Under the pieces are notes generated by a model. The model worked only from the letters and a program-made list of their open reading frames with translations. It was not told the DNA's origin and did not search any database. Shown in pieces: positions 19,939 through 30,642 of a DNA stretch of 64,000 bases. Position 1 is the stretch's first letter. The number at the start of each line of letters is the position of its first letter. The position numbers and the translations under genes were made by a program. The DNA is taken from positions 288,001 through 352,000 of the forward strand of contig OY970342.1 in the NCBI GenBank assembly GCA_963717505.1. The letters are read 5' to 3'. This stretch comes from Candidatus Eiseniibacteriota bacterium. GTDB taxonomy: Bacteria; Eisenbacteria; RBG-16-71-46.

Positions 19939-21297
19939 ATGCGCCTGCCCAACCTGCTCGCGACGCGCAAAGGTCGTCTCGCTGCGTTCTTCGCGCTCTA
20001 CCTGACCGAGGGTATCCCACTCGGCTTCACCGCGACCGCGATCGCCACCCAGATGCGCCGGCAGGGCCTGGGGCCGGCCGAGATCGGCGCCTTCGTCGGC
20101 TCGCTCTATCTGCCGTGGGCCATGAAGTGGGCGGTCGGGCCGTTCGTCGACGTCTTCTCGTCGGAGCGCTTCGGCCGGCGCCGGCTGTGGATCCTGCTCA
20201 TGCAGTTCGCGATGGTCGGGTCGTTGATGGCGACGCTGCCGGTCAACTTCACCACCGAGCTCAAGCTGTTCACGCTGCTCATCCTGATCCACAACGCGTT
20301 CGGAGCGACGCAGGACGTGGCGATCGACGCGCTCGCGGTCAACTCGTTGCACGAGAACGAGCGCGGACTCGCGAACGGACTGATGTTCGGCGGCGCCTAC
20401 CTGGGTCAGGCGATCGGCGGCGCCGGTGTTCTGTTCCTGACGCCCTACGTCGGCTTCCAGAACACCTATTGGTTCGTGGCCGCGTGGATCCTGGCGGTCA
20501 CGTTCTTCGTAGCGCTGCCGATGCGCGAAGCGGCGAGCCCTCCCCAACCGCCGCGAACCAAGGGCGCGCTGGTCACGGCGATGCTCCAGGTCTGGCAGTT
20601 CATGAAGGACACGTTCATCGCCTTCGTCGGGCAGCGCGGCGCCCTGCTCGGCCTGCTGCTCGCTCTGCTACCGGCCGGGGCTTATGCCCTCGGACTCGCG
20701 CTCCAGTCCAACCTCGCGGTCGAGCTGGGCCTGGACGACACCCGGGTTGGGGCGCTCAACTTGTGGTCGACCGTGATCTCGGCGATTGGCTGCGTGGTCG
20801 GCGGCTGGCTGTCGGATCGCTTCGGCCGGCGCCGCACACTCGCGCTCTACTTGATTGGCACAGCGATTCCCACGGCCTACCTCGCCTGGGTCATGCAGCA
20901 AGTGGGGTGGATCATGCCGATCGATCCCCAGGCGGCCAATCGCCCGGTGCCACCCGAGGCATTGGTCGGCACGTTCTGGGCGATGGTGCTCGTCTACTCC
21001 GTGTTCCAGGGGCTGATGTACGGCACGCGCTCCGCGTTGTTCATGGACGTGACCACGCCCAAGGTCGCGGCCACCCAGTTCACCGCGTACATGGCGCTGC
21101 TCAACTTCGCGATCGCCTACTCGGCGCGCTGGCAGGGCCTGGCGGTCGAGCGGTGGGGCTACCCGATCACGTTGCTGCTCGATTCGGTCGCCGGAATCGT
21201 GTGTATCGCCGTGTTGCCGTTCATGGGTCGGCTGACCACACGCGATTCGCGCACGGTGCCGGTCGGAAGTGCAGTGCCCGAAGCGATCGGGCCGTGA
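19939..21297 (+). CDS. MFS transporter, AmpG-like
   Basis: LY..EGIP.GF, LPWAMKW..GPFVD, ATQDVAIDALAV and ATQFTAYMA. Confidence 0.85.
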   Translation: MRLPNLLATRKGRLAAFFALYLTEGIPLGFTATAIATQMRRQGLGPAEIGAFVGSLYLPWAMKWAVGPFVDVFSSERFGRRRLWILLMQFAMVGSLMATLPVNFTTELKLFTLLILIHNAFGATQDVAIDALAVNSLHENERGLANGLMFGGAYLGQAIGGAGVLFLTPYVGFQNTYWFVAAWILAVTFFVALPMREAASPPQPPRTKGALVTAMLQVWQFMKDTFIAFVGQRGALLGLLLALLPAGAYALGLALQSNLAVELGLDDTRVGALNLWSTVISAIGCVVGGWLSDRFGRRRTLALYLIGTAIPTAYLAWVMQQVGWIMPIDPQAANRPVPPEALVGTFWAMVLVYSVFQGLMYGTRSALFMDVTTPKVAATQFTAYMALLNFAIAYSARWQGLAVERWGYPITLLLDSVAGIVCIAVLPFMGRLTTRDSRTVPVGSAVPEAIGP

Positions 21298-23051
21298 AGC
21301 TGGCGTCGCCAGCCCTGAGCACATTGGCGCGCCGGTGTTGGATGGCGACGTTGGCGCTGGCCGCACCGGCGTTGGCGGCCGATCGATCGCCCAACTTCCT
21401 CAACATCAACCCCGCCTGGTCGCCCGACGGCACGCGTATCGCGTTCGAATCGCGCCGCGACGGGCAGGCCGAGATCTACGTCATGAACGCCGATGGCTCG
21501 GGGCAATGTCGTCTGACCTGGACGCCGGCCGACGACACGCATCCCTCGTGGTCGCCCGACGGTCGCCGCATCGTGTTCGACTCGAATCGCGACGGCGTCT
21601 GGAACCTCTACGTGTTCGACCCCGACGGCACGAACATCCGGCGGATCACCCACCAAGGAACCGCCACCGGCGAGGAGTTCGGACGCCATCCGTCGTGGTC
21701 GCCCGATGGCCGACACATCGCGTTCGACTCCGATCGCAACGGCAACCACGAGATCTACGTTTGCGAGCCGGACGGCTCGGACCCGGTGCGGGTGACGCGC
21801 GATCCGGGGTCGGACAACCACGCGTCGTGGTTTCCCGACGGCAGCCTGGTGTTCAACTCGAACCGCAGCGGCGACCAGGAGATCTACCGCGTCGGCGTTG
21901 ATGGTTCGCGCCTCACACGTCTGACCACGAGCCCGGGCGACGATGCCGGCGCCAAGGTCTCCCCCGACGGACAGCGCATCGGCTTCTTCTCGGCGCGCAC
22001 CGGTGGCCAGACCGACCTCTACGTGATGAACGCCGACGGCTCGGCACCGGTTCCGCTGGTCCCCGGGCCCGACACGGTCTACGAGCTGAGCTGGTCGCCC
22101 GATGGCAAGCAGATCGCGTTCTACTCCGACCGCGACCAGCGCTTCGAGATCTTTGTGATGAATGCGGTGATGGACGCCGAAGCCCGTGCGATCACGAACT
22201 CCGGCTTCGACAGCGTGTGGCCGGCCTGGTCGCCCGACGGCGAGTATCTGACGTTCTGCTCGAACCGCACCGGCGACATGGAAGTGTGGACCATGCGCCC
22301 CGACGGCTCGAGCGCCGAACGTTTGACCCACACGCCCGGGCGCGACGCTCACCCGGCGTGGTCGCCCGACGGCAAGCGCATCGCCTTCCAGTCGCCCCGC
22401 GACTTCGCCGTGCCGGAGCAGGTCGAGCTGTACGTGATGAACGCCGACGGCACGAGTCAGACGCGACTCACTCGGCTGCCGGGCTTCACCGGGGTTCCCG
22501 CGTGGTCGCCCGACGGCATGCGCATCGCGTTCCAGTCGCACGACGCCAAGCTCGACCGCTGGCGGATCTGCGTGATGAACGCTGACGGCACAGGCATAGG
22601 GACGATCACTCCGGGCCGGGCCAACGACCAGGTGCCGCACTGGTCGCCCGACGGGCGGCGGCTGCTCTTCTTCTCGGACCGTGCGGGCAAGAATCAGCTG
22701 TTCGTCATGGACTCGAGCGGCGCCAACGTGCGACCGTTGACCCGAGATACCACCGAGGCCTTCGCGGGTTCCTGGTCGCCCGAGGGCTCCCGGGTCGCGT
22801 TCATCTCGGGTCGCGGAGACTCGACCGAAGTCTTTATCATGAACGCCGACGGCACCGGCCGCGTGCCCCTGACTTCGGGGGCCCGCGCTACGGGGCAGCC
22901 GGCGTGGTCGCCCGACGGGAAGCGGTTGGCATTCCACTCGGCGGCCGCCGGCCGGAACGACATCATCATCATGCATGCCGACGGCTCGGAGTCGGTGCGG
23001 ATCACGCGCGGCGCCGAAGGCTGGCGTCACTGGAGTCCGGCAGCACCCTGA
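21294..23051 (+). CDS. TolB-like PD40-repeat beta-propeller protein
   Basis: About 12 repeats of P(A/S)WSPDG..IAF.S. The GTG start overlaps the upstream stop (GTGA). Confidence 0.85.
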   Translation: MKLASPALSTLARRCWMATLALAAPALAADRSPNFLNINPAWSPDGTRIAFESRRDGQAEIYVMNADGSGQCRLTWTPADDTHPSWSPDGRRIVFDSNRDGVWNLYVFDPDGTNIRRITHQGTATGEEFGRHPSWSPDGRHIAFDSDRNGNHEIYVCEPDGSDPVRVTRDPGSDNHASWFPDGSLVFNSNRSGDQEIYRVGVDGSRLTRLTTSPGDDAGAKVSPDGQRIGFFSARTGGQTDLYVMNADGSAPVPLVPGPDTVYELSWSPDGKQIAFYSDRDQRFEIFVMNAVMDAEARAITNSGFDSVWPAWSPDGEYLTFCSNRTGDMEVWTMRPDGSSAERLTHTPGRDAHPAWSPDGKRIAFQSPRDFAVPEQVELYVMNADGTSQTRLTRLPGFTGVPAWSPDGMRIAFQSHDAKLDRWRICVMNADGTGIGTITPGRANDQVPHWSPDGRRLLFFSDRAGKNQLFVMDSSGANVRPLTRDTTEAFAGSWSPEGSRVAFISGRGDSTEVFIMNADGTGRVPLTSGARATGQPAWSPDGKRLAFHSAAAGRNDIIIMHADGSESVRITRGAEGWRHWSPAAP

Positions 23052-23081
23052 GTCGACGTTCGAGGAAGAGGAGTCACACCC

Positions 23082-23321
23082 ATGGAATTCTTGCTTGCCC
23101 CGATCGTGGCGGTGATCGTCGTAGCCGCCATCTCCTGGTTCGCAGTGACCCTTCACCGCCGGACGCGACTGCAGGCGCCCCAACGCCAGCTCGAGCGCAT
23201 GGTGGGCCCCGAAGCGGCGGAACGGCTGACCCGCTTCGAACGCGAGCGCGACCCGAACCTGCCGGCGGCTGAGGCGGCGCGCCGAGCGCTCGAGCGCGCG
23301 GAGTACGACCGGGGTCGCTGA
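23082..23321 (+). CDS. Small membrane-anchored hypothetical protein
   Basis: GAGGAG RBS, N-terminal TM helix, host-like codon usage. Confidence 0.65.
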   Translation: MEFLLAPIVAVIVVAAISWFAVTLHRRTRLQAPQRQLERMVGPEAAERLTRFERERDPNLPAAEAARRALERAEYDRGR

Positions 23322-23551
23322 ACGCAGCTCGGCGCGCGAGGGCGCCGGGCAACCTCAGTAGTGTCCCTGAGGTGAGTCGCTACGCGAAGCCATTCGGCAG
23401 CAACAGGATCAGTCCGTAGATGATTTTCTTGTTGACCCGTTCCAGTGGCGGCGTATTGTCGGCTGTGCTCTAGCAGTTCCCCTTCCGCCGGAGATTCCCC
23501 CGCGTCAACCATGGACCGGGAAGGTCTATCGGGCCGCGCAGGGAGAATCCC

Positions 23552-26316
23552 ATGTCGAATCCAGTGTTGTCCCGCGTTGACTTGTTCATCACCAGGGACA
23601 AGTCCGCAGCCGATCGATCGCAGATCCCGCTCCCCAGTGCTCGGGTCGAGTTCTACGGTCAGGGAGCGACAGTGGCGGACGATGTCACCGTTCCGGGTTC
23701 CGGTTCGGAAGATGTCGACGTCTACGATCCCGGCGATCTCGAAGTCGGAAGCACACTTCGAGCGAACGGTTCGGGACCCGAACTCACCGTCACGGCCATT
23801 ACGACAGTACCTGCGTTTCCGGGGGTAACGCAGGTCACCCTCTCCAACGGCGGAGCCTCGGACCTCGATCTGACCACGGGAATGCGTCTGATCATTACCT
23901 CCAACCGGCCGACGCTCTACAGCGATCCGCTTGGGACGGTCGACCTCGGCAACCCATACGTAACCGCCGACAACGACAGTCGAGTCCTCGCCTACATCAA
24001 TCGTCGTCGGTACGACTACACGATTCCCGGCAAGGTCTACGCTCAGGTGACCTCGAACGGCACCTTGGCGGGTGGGAACGTGCTGTCGTGGAACCACAAC
24101 GACACCAACATCACGGCTCCCAACCGAATGGTCCTGGTCGGAATTTCGTGGCAGGGCTCGGTCGGCGGTGAGACCATCGACTCCGTCACGTACGGTGGAG
24201 TCGCTATGTCGTTGGTGGGCCAAACTAGCCTGACATCGGTCTACAAGCTTGCGAACCCACCGACCGGGCTGCAGACGGTGGTCGCGAACTTTGGAGCGTC
24301 GTCGCCGCCGGCGGTAGTTTACGCCGTCGGAGGAGCGGTCACCTATTCCGGCGTAGACGCCCTCTTGCCACTCGGCTCGGCATCAACGGCAACCGGGACC
24401 TCGACGGCACCCAGCGTTGGTGTCGGGACGACGTACGCAGATGGCCTAGTGTTCGACACAATGAGCGCGGGTGGCACCACCACGGCCAGCGCCGGCAGCG
24501 GGCAGACGCCGCAATGGAATCAAGCCTCGGGTGGAATCACCGTCCGCGGATGCGGCTCCCTGGAAGACGGAACGGGCTCCTCGGTGACCATGAGCTGGAC
24601 GTTGGGCACGAGCCGACCCTGGGGGATCCTGGGCGTAGGGCTCAAACCTGCGCTGCGAATTCATGTCGACGCGTTGGGAGGCACCCAGCGGTCACCATCA
24701 TGGCTCAACGCGAGGGATTTCGAGAGCATTCAAGTCGCGATCGACACCCTCCCGCCAGCAGGCGGAGTTGTCTACATCCCAGGCGGCGAGTACGAAGTCT
24801 TCGGCGAGGTTGACACCGTTCCAGGCCTCTTGATTCCGCCGGGGAAGGCAGTACATCTGCTGGGCGATGGGGCGGATCGAACGATCATCTTCTGCAGCGA
24901 CAAGAACGTCGACGTGATCTGGGTCCAGGGCTCCTACTCGACAATCGAGAACCTCACAATCCGTGGCGTTCCGGAAGTGCCAGATGGGGCGACGGAGGAG
25001 ATTCGGAGGCGAAGAGGACGCGGGATCGTCGTGGGTCAGGTCGGTGGGGCGGCCGAAGTAATGCGCCGGATCTCCATTCTCGGCTGCCGCATCATCGACA
25101 CCGCAAGTTGGTGCCTCTTCTTCTTGGACGAGGACGAACCGAATGGAGAGGCGGAGAAGACCCTGACGATTTGGGTCCACGTCGAGCGATGCGAGTTTCG
25201 CAATAACATTGTCGCCGGCGTACTGGGCCTTGGCAAAGGCTGCTTTCAGCACCTCTACGTAAGTTGTGGGTGGGAGTTCTTCAGAGGCTTCGCGGTGAGC
25301 GCCATAGGAGCCGAGGGAGTTACATTCCAGACCTGCACACTCGAGGATCGGCGAAGCGTGCCTGAGACGGTTATTGCGCCAGAGGACGAGTTTCCATATG
25401 TCGCATTCGATGGATGCAAGAATATTCGCGTCTTGTGCTGCTGGTTCGAGTCACATGCGACCAGCGCGGGTGACAACGAACACGACACCAAGTGGAGGTT
25501 CATCAACGTCGGCCCGACGTTAGCGTGTGAGGACGTGACAGTGGATAGTTGCCGGTTCGTCAGGCACGCAGGCAACTTTCCTAGGCTCATGAAGGTCAAG
25601 AACGCTTCCAAGGCCATCTCTCTGATCAACCCAACCTGCACACTCCTTGATACTTTGACGACAATAGGTTCACATCAACAGACCCTAATGACCTCGATGT
25701 CGTGGCAGAGGAAGGTAGCGAAGGCGAGATCGGGAGCGAGGTCTACCTCTCCGGAGGCATAGCTCACGCAGCGTCTGGAGAGATCAATTCCGTTGCCCTC
25801 TTCCTACCGAGCGTGAAGGGTCTCTCCATCTTCGCGTCGGGCCCCAGGGTAACGCCGCCTAGCGTGTCATCGGACGATCGGGACAGTACCCAAAGCCTGG
25901 CTCTAGACGCGAAGCAGGGAGACATGATTTTCAACACCACGACCGACCGTCCGGAGGTCCGCATCGGTGCCAGCTGGCAGCAGATTCCAAGTCGAGCAGC
26001 GTCGGCGGAGTTTGTGGACGACACCAGCATGTCGACTCCAGAAGACCTAATTTCGGATGGAGTTGCCGGTTTCTACCGGATCTCAGTGTACCTCGAGAAA
26101 GTGACAAGCGGCGCCGGCACTGTTCAGGCCGATGTAACGTGGACCGACGACGCAACGCAACGCACTCGTTCAGTGTCGGTGACCGACTCGGGGGCGAACG
26201 TGCTCGCCAGCGACGAATTCCCGATCTACCTCGCCGCTGGCGAGTCCATCGCATACCAGATTCTGACCCCCCAGAGTCATCAGGCGAGGGTACGATTGCA
26301 GGTAGAGGTAGCATAG
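23552..26316 (+). CDS. Phage tailspike-like protein with pectate-lyase-3-type beta-helix (probably one gene, frameshift near 25655)
   Basis: TLYSDPLGTVDLGNPYVTAD, SVTYGGVAM, and WLNARDF..IQVAIDTLPPAGGVVYIPGGEY...LLGDG. Adding one T to TTT at 25654-56 fuses ORF 23552..25762 with 25702..26316. No signal peptide; lower GC. Confidence 0.6.
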
Positions 26317-26318
26317 CA

Positions 26319-27716
26319 ATGAATTCTCCTTGGGGCTGTGGTCTGTTCCGTCATACGAGCTTGGCCATGGCCCTGGGGGTCACATGTCTTGTGCGTCCGG
26401 TGGCCGCCCAGCTGACGTTTGATTCACCTCTTCGGTATCCTGCGAACGACGCTTATGTTGTTACCTTCCTTCATTTCGACGGCGACCAAGCGCTCGATCT
26501 AGCAGTTCTTCAGGACGGTGAGGGTACTTTCGACGACTCTCTACTGGTCTTCTTGAACGACCGGGCAGGCAGCTTCGTCGCCGGCCCGGCGTTTCCCTGT
26601 AGCGCAGGCGTCGGGCGCATTGCGGCTGCTGACCTAGACCATGAAGGGCAGGATGATCTCGTAGTTACGTGCGTCTATGGAGATGTGATGGTCTTCTTGA
26701 ACAAGCCATCCGGCATCATGGTGACCACTTACCAGGTGCTCTCGAATCCAGGCTACGTCGATGTCGTCGACATCGATCATGATAGTGACATGGACTTGGC
26801 GATTGCCATCAATGGGTCGAACGGCATTCAATTGCTGACGAACAGTGGCAACGGCCAGTTTACATTTGGTCAACGACTAACTGGGATAGGGGTAATTGGT
26901 CAGATTGATTCTGCAGACTTCAACGAAGATGGCCACGTCGACATCGTTGTCGGCGTCGAAAATTCATCACGGTTAAACATCCTCTACGGGGATGGCGCGG
27001 GCAACTTCACACGAACGTGGTTCTCTTGGAACCCGCAATTTGCAGTGGCATCGGCGGACTTCGATGATGACGGCCATGCAGATATTGCCGCACGGGATGG
27101 GTCCCTGCGGTTCTTCTGGGGTGATGGTCAGGGTGGGTTCAGCGGGCCGACGTCAGTGTCGACTTTTGGGGCCGGGCTGTTGACGGTTGACGATTGGAAT
27201 CGGGATGGCCTTCCGGACTTAGCCGTGTCGTCCTACCTGAACCAATCGTACCAGACGTTTGTTGAGAATTTGGGCGCCCGCGGCTTTTCTGCCCAACCCT
27301 ACGACCTTGGTGGCTTCGGCACTGCGAGACTCGCGTCTGGAGATGTCGATGGGGATGGCTGGCCGGATCTTGCGGGAGGCAGCAAGTCCGCTTCGATCGT
27401 GTCGGTTCTTCGGAATGCCAATGCCCCAGCTACAGGGGTAGAGAGGTCACCACCAGCGGTCCGTCTGACCATCGCTCCGAATCCCGCGCAGCGTAGATTC
27501 ACCGCGGCGTTCGATCTGTCCGGAGCAGCCACCGCGACCCTGGAGCTCTGGGACGTGCAGGGTAGACGCCTGGACCGGCGTGACGTCGGCTCGTTCGGTC
27601 CCGGCCGCCACCAGATTGCATTCGGGAACAGCCGCCGACTGGCGCCTGGGATCTATCTCGTCCGACTGATCCAGGGAGATCGAGTGACCACCGCACGCGC
27701 CTGCCTGATTGAGTAG
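26319..27716 (+). CDS. FG-GAP/VCBS repeat protein with T9SS-type C-terminal domain
   Basis: Repeated D(F/L)(N/D)xDGxxD(I/L) motifs; C-terminal IAPNPA...WDVQGRR...PGIYLVRL. Confidence 0.82.
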   Translation: MNSPWGCGLFRHTSLAMALGVTCLVRPVAAQLTFDSPLRYPANDAYVVTFLHFDGDQALDLAVLQDGEGTFDDSLLVFLNDRAGSFVAGPAFPCSAGVGRIAAADLDHEGQDDLVVTCVYGDVMVFLNKPSGIMVTTYQVLSNPGYVDVVDIDHDSDMDLAIAINGSNGIQLLTNSGNGQFTFGQRLTGIGVIGQIDSADFNEDGHVDIVVGVENSSRLNILYGDGAGNFTRTWFSWNPQFAVASADFDDDGHADIAARDGSLRFFWGDGQGGFSGPTSVSTFGAGLLTVDDWNRDGLPDLAVSSYLNQSYQTFVENLGARGFSAQPYDLGGFGTARLASGDVDGDGWPDLAGGSKSASIVSVLRNANAPATGVERSPPAVRLTIAPNPAQRRFTAAFDLSGAATATLELWDVQGRRLDRRDVGSFGPGRHQIAFGNSRRLAPGIYLVRLIQGDRVTTARACLIE

Positions 27717-27821
27717 CAGACTAACAGCGGCCCGAGCGCCTGCCCGGCGAAGTTGCCGGCTACCAGCCGCTGGTCGCACGCCTCGGAAGGCCTCGAGCGG
27801 GTGCTTCGGTAGCGTTCAGAA

Positions 27822-30590
27822 TCACGGCACGAACGCGACACGCGCGGTCGCAGACTCGGCGCCCTGCGACACGCGCAGCCAGTAGATTCCCGGGCGCTCC
27901 GGGCGGTCGCGCAGCGTCACCACGTGACTCCCGGCGCCGAGTGAGCCGACGTTTTCGGTGGCGATCCGCCGCCCGGTGACGTCGTAGAGCGAGATCGTCG
28001 CCTGCCCATCGCCCGGAAGCGTGAACGAGACTCGGATCTCTTCTCGCGCTGGGTTCGGCAGAACCATGTGGATCGTGATCCCGTTGGCGGCGGCCGACGT
28101 CCCGCCTCCCACCGCCGGACCGCTCACCCGCACTGTCATGCCTTCCGACGGCACGCCCTGGTCGTCGACCACGAACAGCATGTAGTGGCCCGGCAGGCAG
28201 CGGGCGGAGTCGACCGGCACGGCGACGTTGAGCCCGCCCGGCACCAGGGTGAACTCGACCGGCACGATGCGTTGGTTGGCGTCCCACGCGTGGGTCACTG
28301 AGCCGTGGCGCATGAGGCGAACCGCGGTGATGTTGGCGGGATCGTGGACTTGGACGTGGAACGTCTCGCCAAACCTTACTGCTGCCGGCGCCGCGTGGAT
28401 CATGGGTCGCGTCCCGCGAAACAGGTAAGGCGGCGAGAACAACTCGGCATCGCGACGGTTCAGGTGGCCGCGCGGCGACGGCGCGCCGCCGCCGGCGCTC
28501 ATCACGCGCCCGTCGGGAAGCAGCAGCGCAAGCGAATGGTAGAGCCGGGGCACGGTCATCGATGAGAGGGTCGTCCAGCTCCCGGTCGCGGGGTTCAGCA
28601 GCTCGGCGGCGAGCACGGCGCCGACCGGGTTGTTGCTTCCGAGACCGCTGGTGCCGCCGGTCGCGAGCACAGTGCCGTCGGGCAGAAGCGTCGTGTTTAG
28701 GTGCCGGCGCGGATAGGCCATGGGCGCACCGGCGATCCACTGCAGAGCGGGATCGTCGAGATCGATCCCCTCGGTGGATGCGGTCGGCGTGATGGTCGGC
28801 GGAACGGCGGTGTCGTAGGAGCTGCCACCGATCACCAGGATCTTCCCGTGCTCGAACATCACGGACGAGCCGTACTCGCGATACCCGAAGCTCGTGGCCG
28901 TTGGGTTCGTCCACGCGCCGGTGCCGCGAGGATCGAGGTACCACGATTCCCCCTGCCAGCCGGCACAGAAGACGCTGTCCTCCCCGATCACATACATCCA
29001 CGGGTAATAGCGCCAGAGCAGCGGTTCACCGAGCCGCGCGTCGGTCAGATCGCGCCAGGCGTGCGCTCGCACGTCCCAGACCTGCGGCAAGTCGTTCATG
29101 AGGGTCTGTGAGATCGACCCCGCGGTCACCAATAGATCGCCGTTCGGCAGGACGGTGTTGGTCGGATACCAGCGGCCGCCGTTCATGTCGGGCAGGTGTT
29201 CCCACGTGTTGGTCACCGGATCGTAGAACGCGGCGTTCGGCAGGCCCTCGGCCTCGGCGATGTGCCCGCCAGTGACGAACACGCGGCCGTCGGCGGCCAG
29301 CGTGTGGCCCGAACAGAAGAGATCGAAGCCGGCCTGGGCGATGCCGTGGACCATGCCGCCCATCGGATCCCAGCGGACCGGATGGTCGCCGCCGTTGCCG
29401 CCGATGTGCTGTTCCTCGCCCGGCCACATCATGACTTCGCCGCTCGGCAGCAGCGTTGCGTGGATCGCGACGATGGGCAGGCACACGGGATCGCTCCAGT
29501 GGCCGAGCGCCCGCGCCTGCTCGTCGTCGACGATCGTCACCAACGCTTCCGCCGGTCCGGCGATCGCAACCGGGCCGCCCACATCGAGCAACTGGACGCT
29601 GAACGCGTCGTCGCCTTCGGTGACGGCGTCGTCGTGGATCGGAATCGGTACGACCTTGGCGGTCTCTCCGGGACCGAATGCGATGAGCGTCGAGGTTGTG
29701 TCGTAGTCGGCCAGAGTCGCGGACCCGGGCGTGGTTCTGACGCGCACCTGAACCGAGCTCTGCAGACCGCCGACGCGATCAATCCGGACCCCCGCGGCGC
29801 CGTCGGTCTCGACCGGCGAGTACTTGGCCGCGGAGAAGCTCAGCACGCTGGTCAGCGAATCGACGAACTGAACCCGCACGTTGTCGAGATCGTGAAGTGC
29901 CGTCTGGCCGCCCGAGCGTGCCATGAAGTGGACGCGCGACTCGTAGGGCGCGAGCCCGGGAACGGCGAAGCGATCGACCACGGTGATCGGCGGTCCGCTG
30001 CATGGCGTCAGGATCACCGTGACGTCGGGCGGGTTGTGCGCCGGCCGGGCAATCACGCGCGCGTGGTTGAAGTAGCCATTCGCGAGGTCGATCTCATGCG
30101 ACAGGTCGAACTCCGCGAGCTTGGTGGTGTTCCAGTGAACCGAGACGTGGTCGGCGCTGATTTCCCCCGCGCCCTGATTGATGTCGAAGCCGATGCCCAG
30201 CGAGGCGTCGAGGTCGGCCTCCTCGGACTCGCCGCCGATCGCGCCGGTAGTGTCGAACAGTGCCGTGCTCGCCAAGGTGAAGCCAAAGCCGTCGGCGCGG
30301 CTGACCGCCGACTGCGGCGTCATGCGGAAGTCGAAGTCGGCGACGATGACGTCGTGCGCCCCGGGGTCACTCAAATCGAACGCGATCGAGTTGACGTTGG
30401 CGAGCGTGGTGTCGGCGAGGCGCAGGAAGTTGCCGCTCGGCCCGGCGAGGCACCCCGGCGCGGGCGGAACGCCGAACGATCCAAACGTGAAGGGCGTTCC
30501 AGGCGTGTCGCAGTCGTGCACGGTGGCCGCGCCGGCGGGCGATCGCCACGCCAGAGCGATGAGTGCGGCCAGGATCAACCGGTGACGCAT
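27822..30590 (-). CDS. Galactose oxidase-like (AA5) copper radical oxidase with lectin-like and Calx-beta domains and T9SS-type C-terminal domain
   Basis: FCSGH, RWYPT, RLYHS, ELFSPPYLF, SVTH...NQR and PGHYMLF. Lectin-like ADGFGF. Calx-beta F.PGET.K...I.DD...EGD. Confidence 0.85.
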   Translation of the reverse strand: MRHRLILAALIALAWRSPAGAATVHDCDTPGTPFTFGSFGVPPAPGCLAGPSGNFLRLADTTLANVNSIAFDLSDPGAHDVIVADFDFRMTPQSAVSRADGFGFTLASTALFDTTGAIGGESEEADLDASLGIGFDINQGAGEISADHVSVHWNTTKLAEFDLSHEIDLANGYFNHARVIARPAHNPPDVTVILTPCSGPPITVVDRFAVPGLAPYESRVHFMARSGGQTALHDLDNVRVQFVDSLTSVLSFSAAKYSPVETDGAAGVRIDRVGGLQSSVQVRVRTTPGSATLADYDTTSTLIAFGPGETAKVVPIPIHDDAVTEGDDAFSVQLLDVGGPVAIAGPAEALVTIVDDEQARALGHWSDPVCLPIVAIHATLLPSGEVMMWPGEEQHIGGNGGDHPVRWDPMGGMVHGIAQAGFDLFCSGHTLAADGRVFVTGGHIAEAEGLPNAAFYDPVTNTWEHLPDMNGGRWYPTNTVLPNGDLLVTAGSISQTLMNDLPQVWDVRAHAWRDLTDARLGEPLLWRYYPWMYVIGEDSVFCAGWQGESWYLDPRGTGAWTNPTATSFGYREYGSSVMFEHGKILVIGGSSYDTAVPPTITPTASTEGIDLDDPALQWIAGAPMAYPRRHLNTTLLPDGTVLATGGTSGLGSNNPVGAVLAAELLNPATGSWTTLSSMTVPRLYHSLALLLPDGRVMSAGGGAPSPRGHLNRRDAELFSPPYLFRGTRPMIHAAPAAVRFGETFHVQVHDPANITAVRLMRHGSVTHAWDANQRIVPVEFTLVPGGLNVAVPVDSARCLPGHYMLFVVDDQGVPSEGMTVRVSGPAVGGGTSAAANGITIHMVLPNPAREEIRVSFTLPGDGQATISLYDVTGRRIATENVGSLGAGSHVVTLRDRPERPGIYWLRVSQGAESATARVAFVP

Positions 30591-30642
30591 TCGGCACTTC
30601 CCTGTGTCGGCCTTCGAACTGCGAGAATCCGAAGCTCGGCCG

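Noticed and set aside
21400-22950. Recurrent TGGTCGCCCGACGG DNA repeats resembling an array
   Set aside because: They encode the WSPDG of PD40 repeats inside a CDS; not CRISPR, and no cas genes are present.
25640-25762. Programmed -1 frameshift in the tail-like gene
   Set aside because: No clear slippery heptamer. A one-base homopolymer loss explains it, like the indels at ~2070, ~6095 and ~57510.
23552-26316. Prophage
   Set aside because: No integrase, terminase, capsid, portal or lysis genes nearby.
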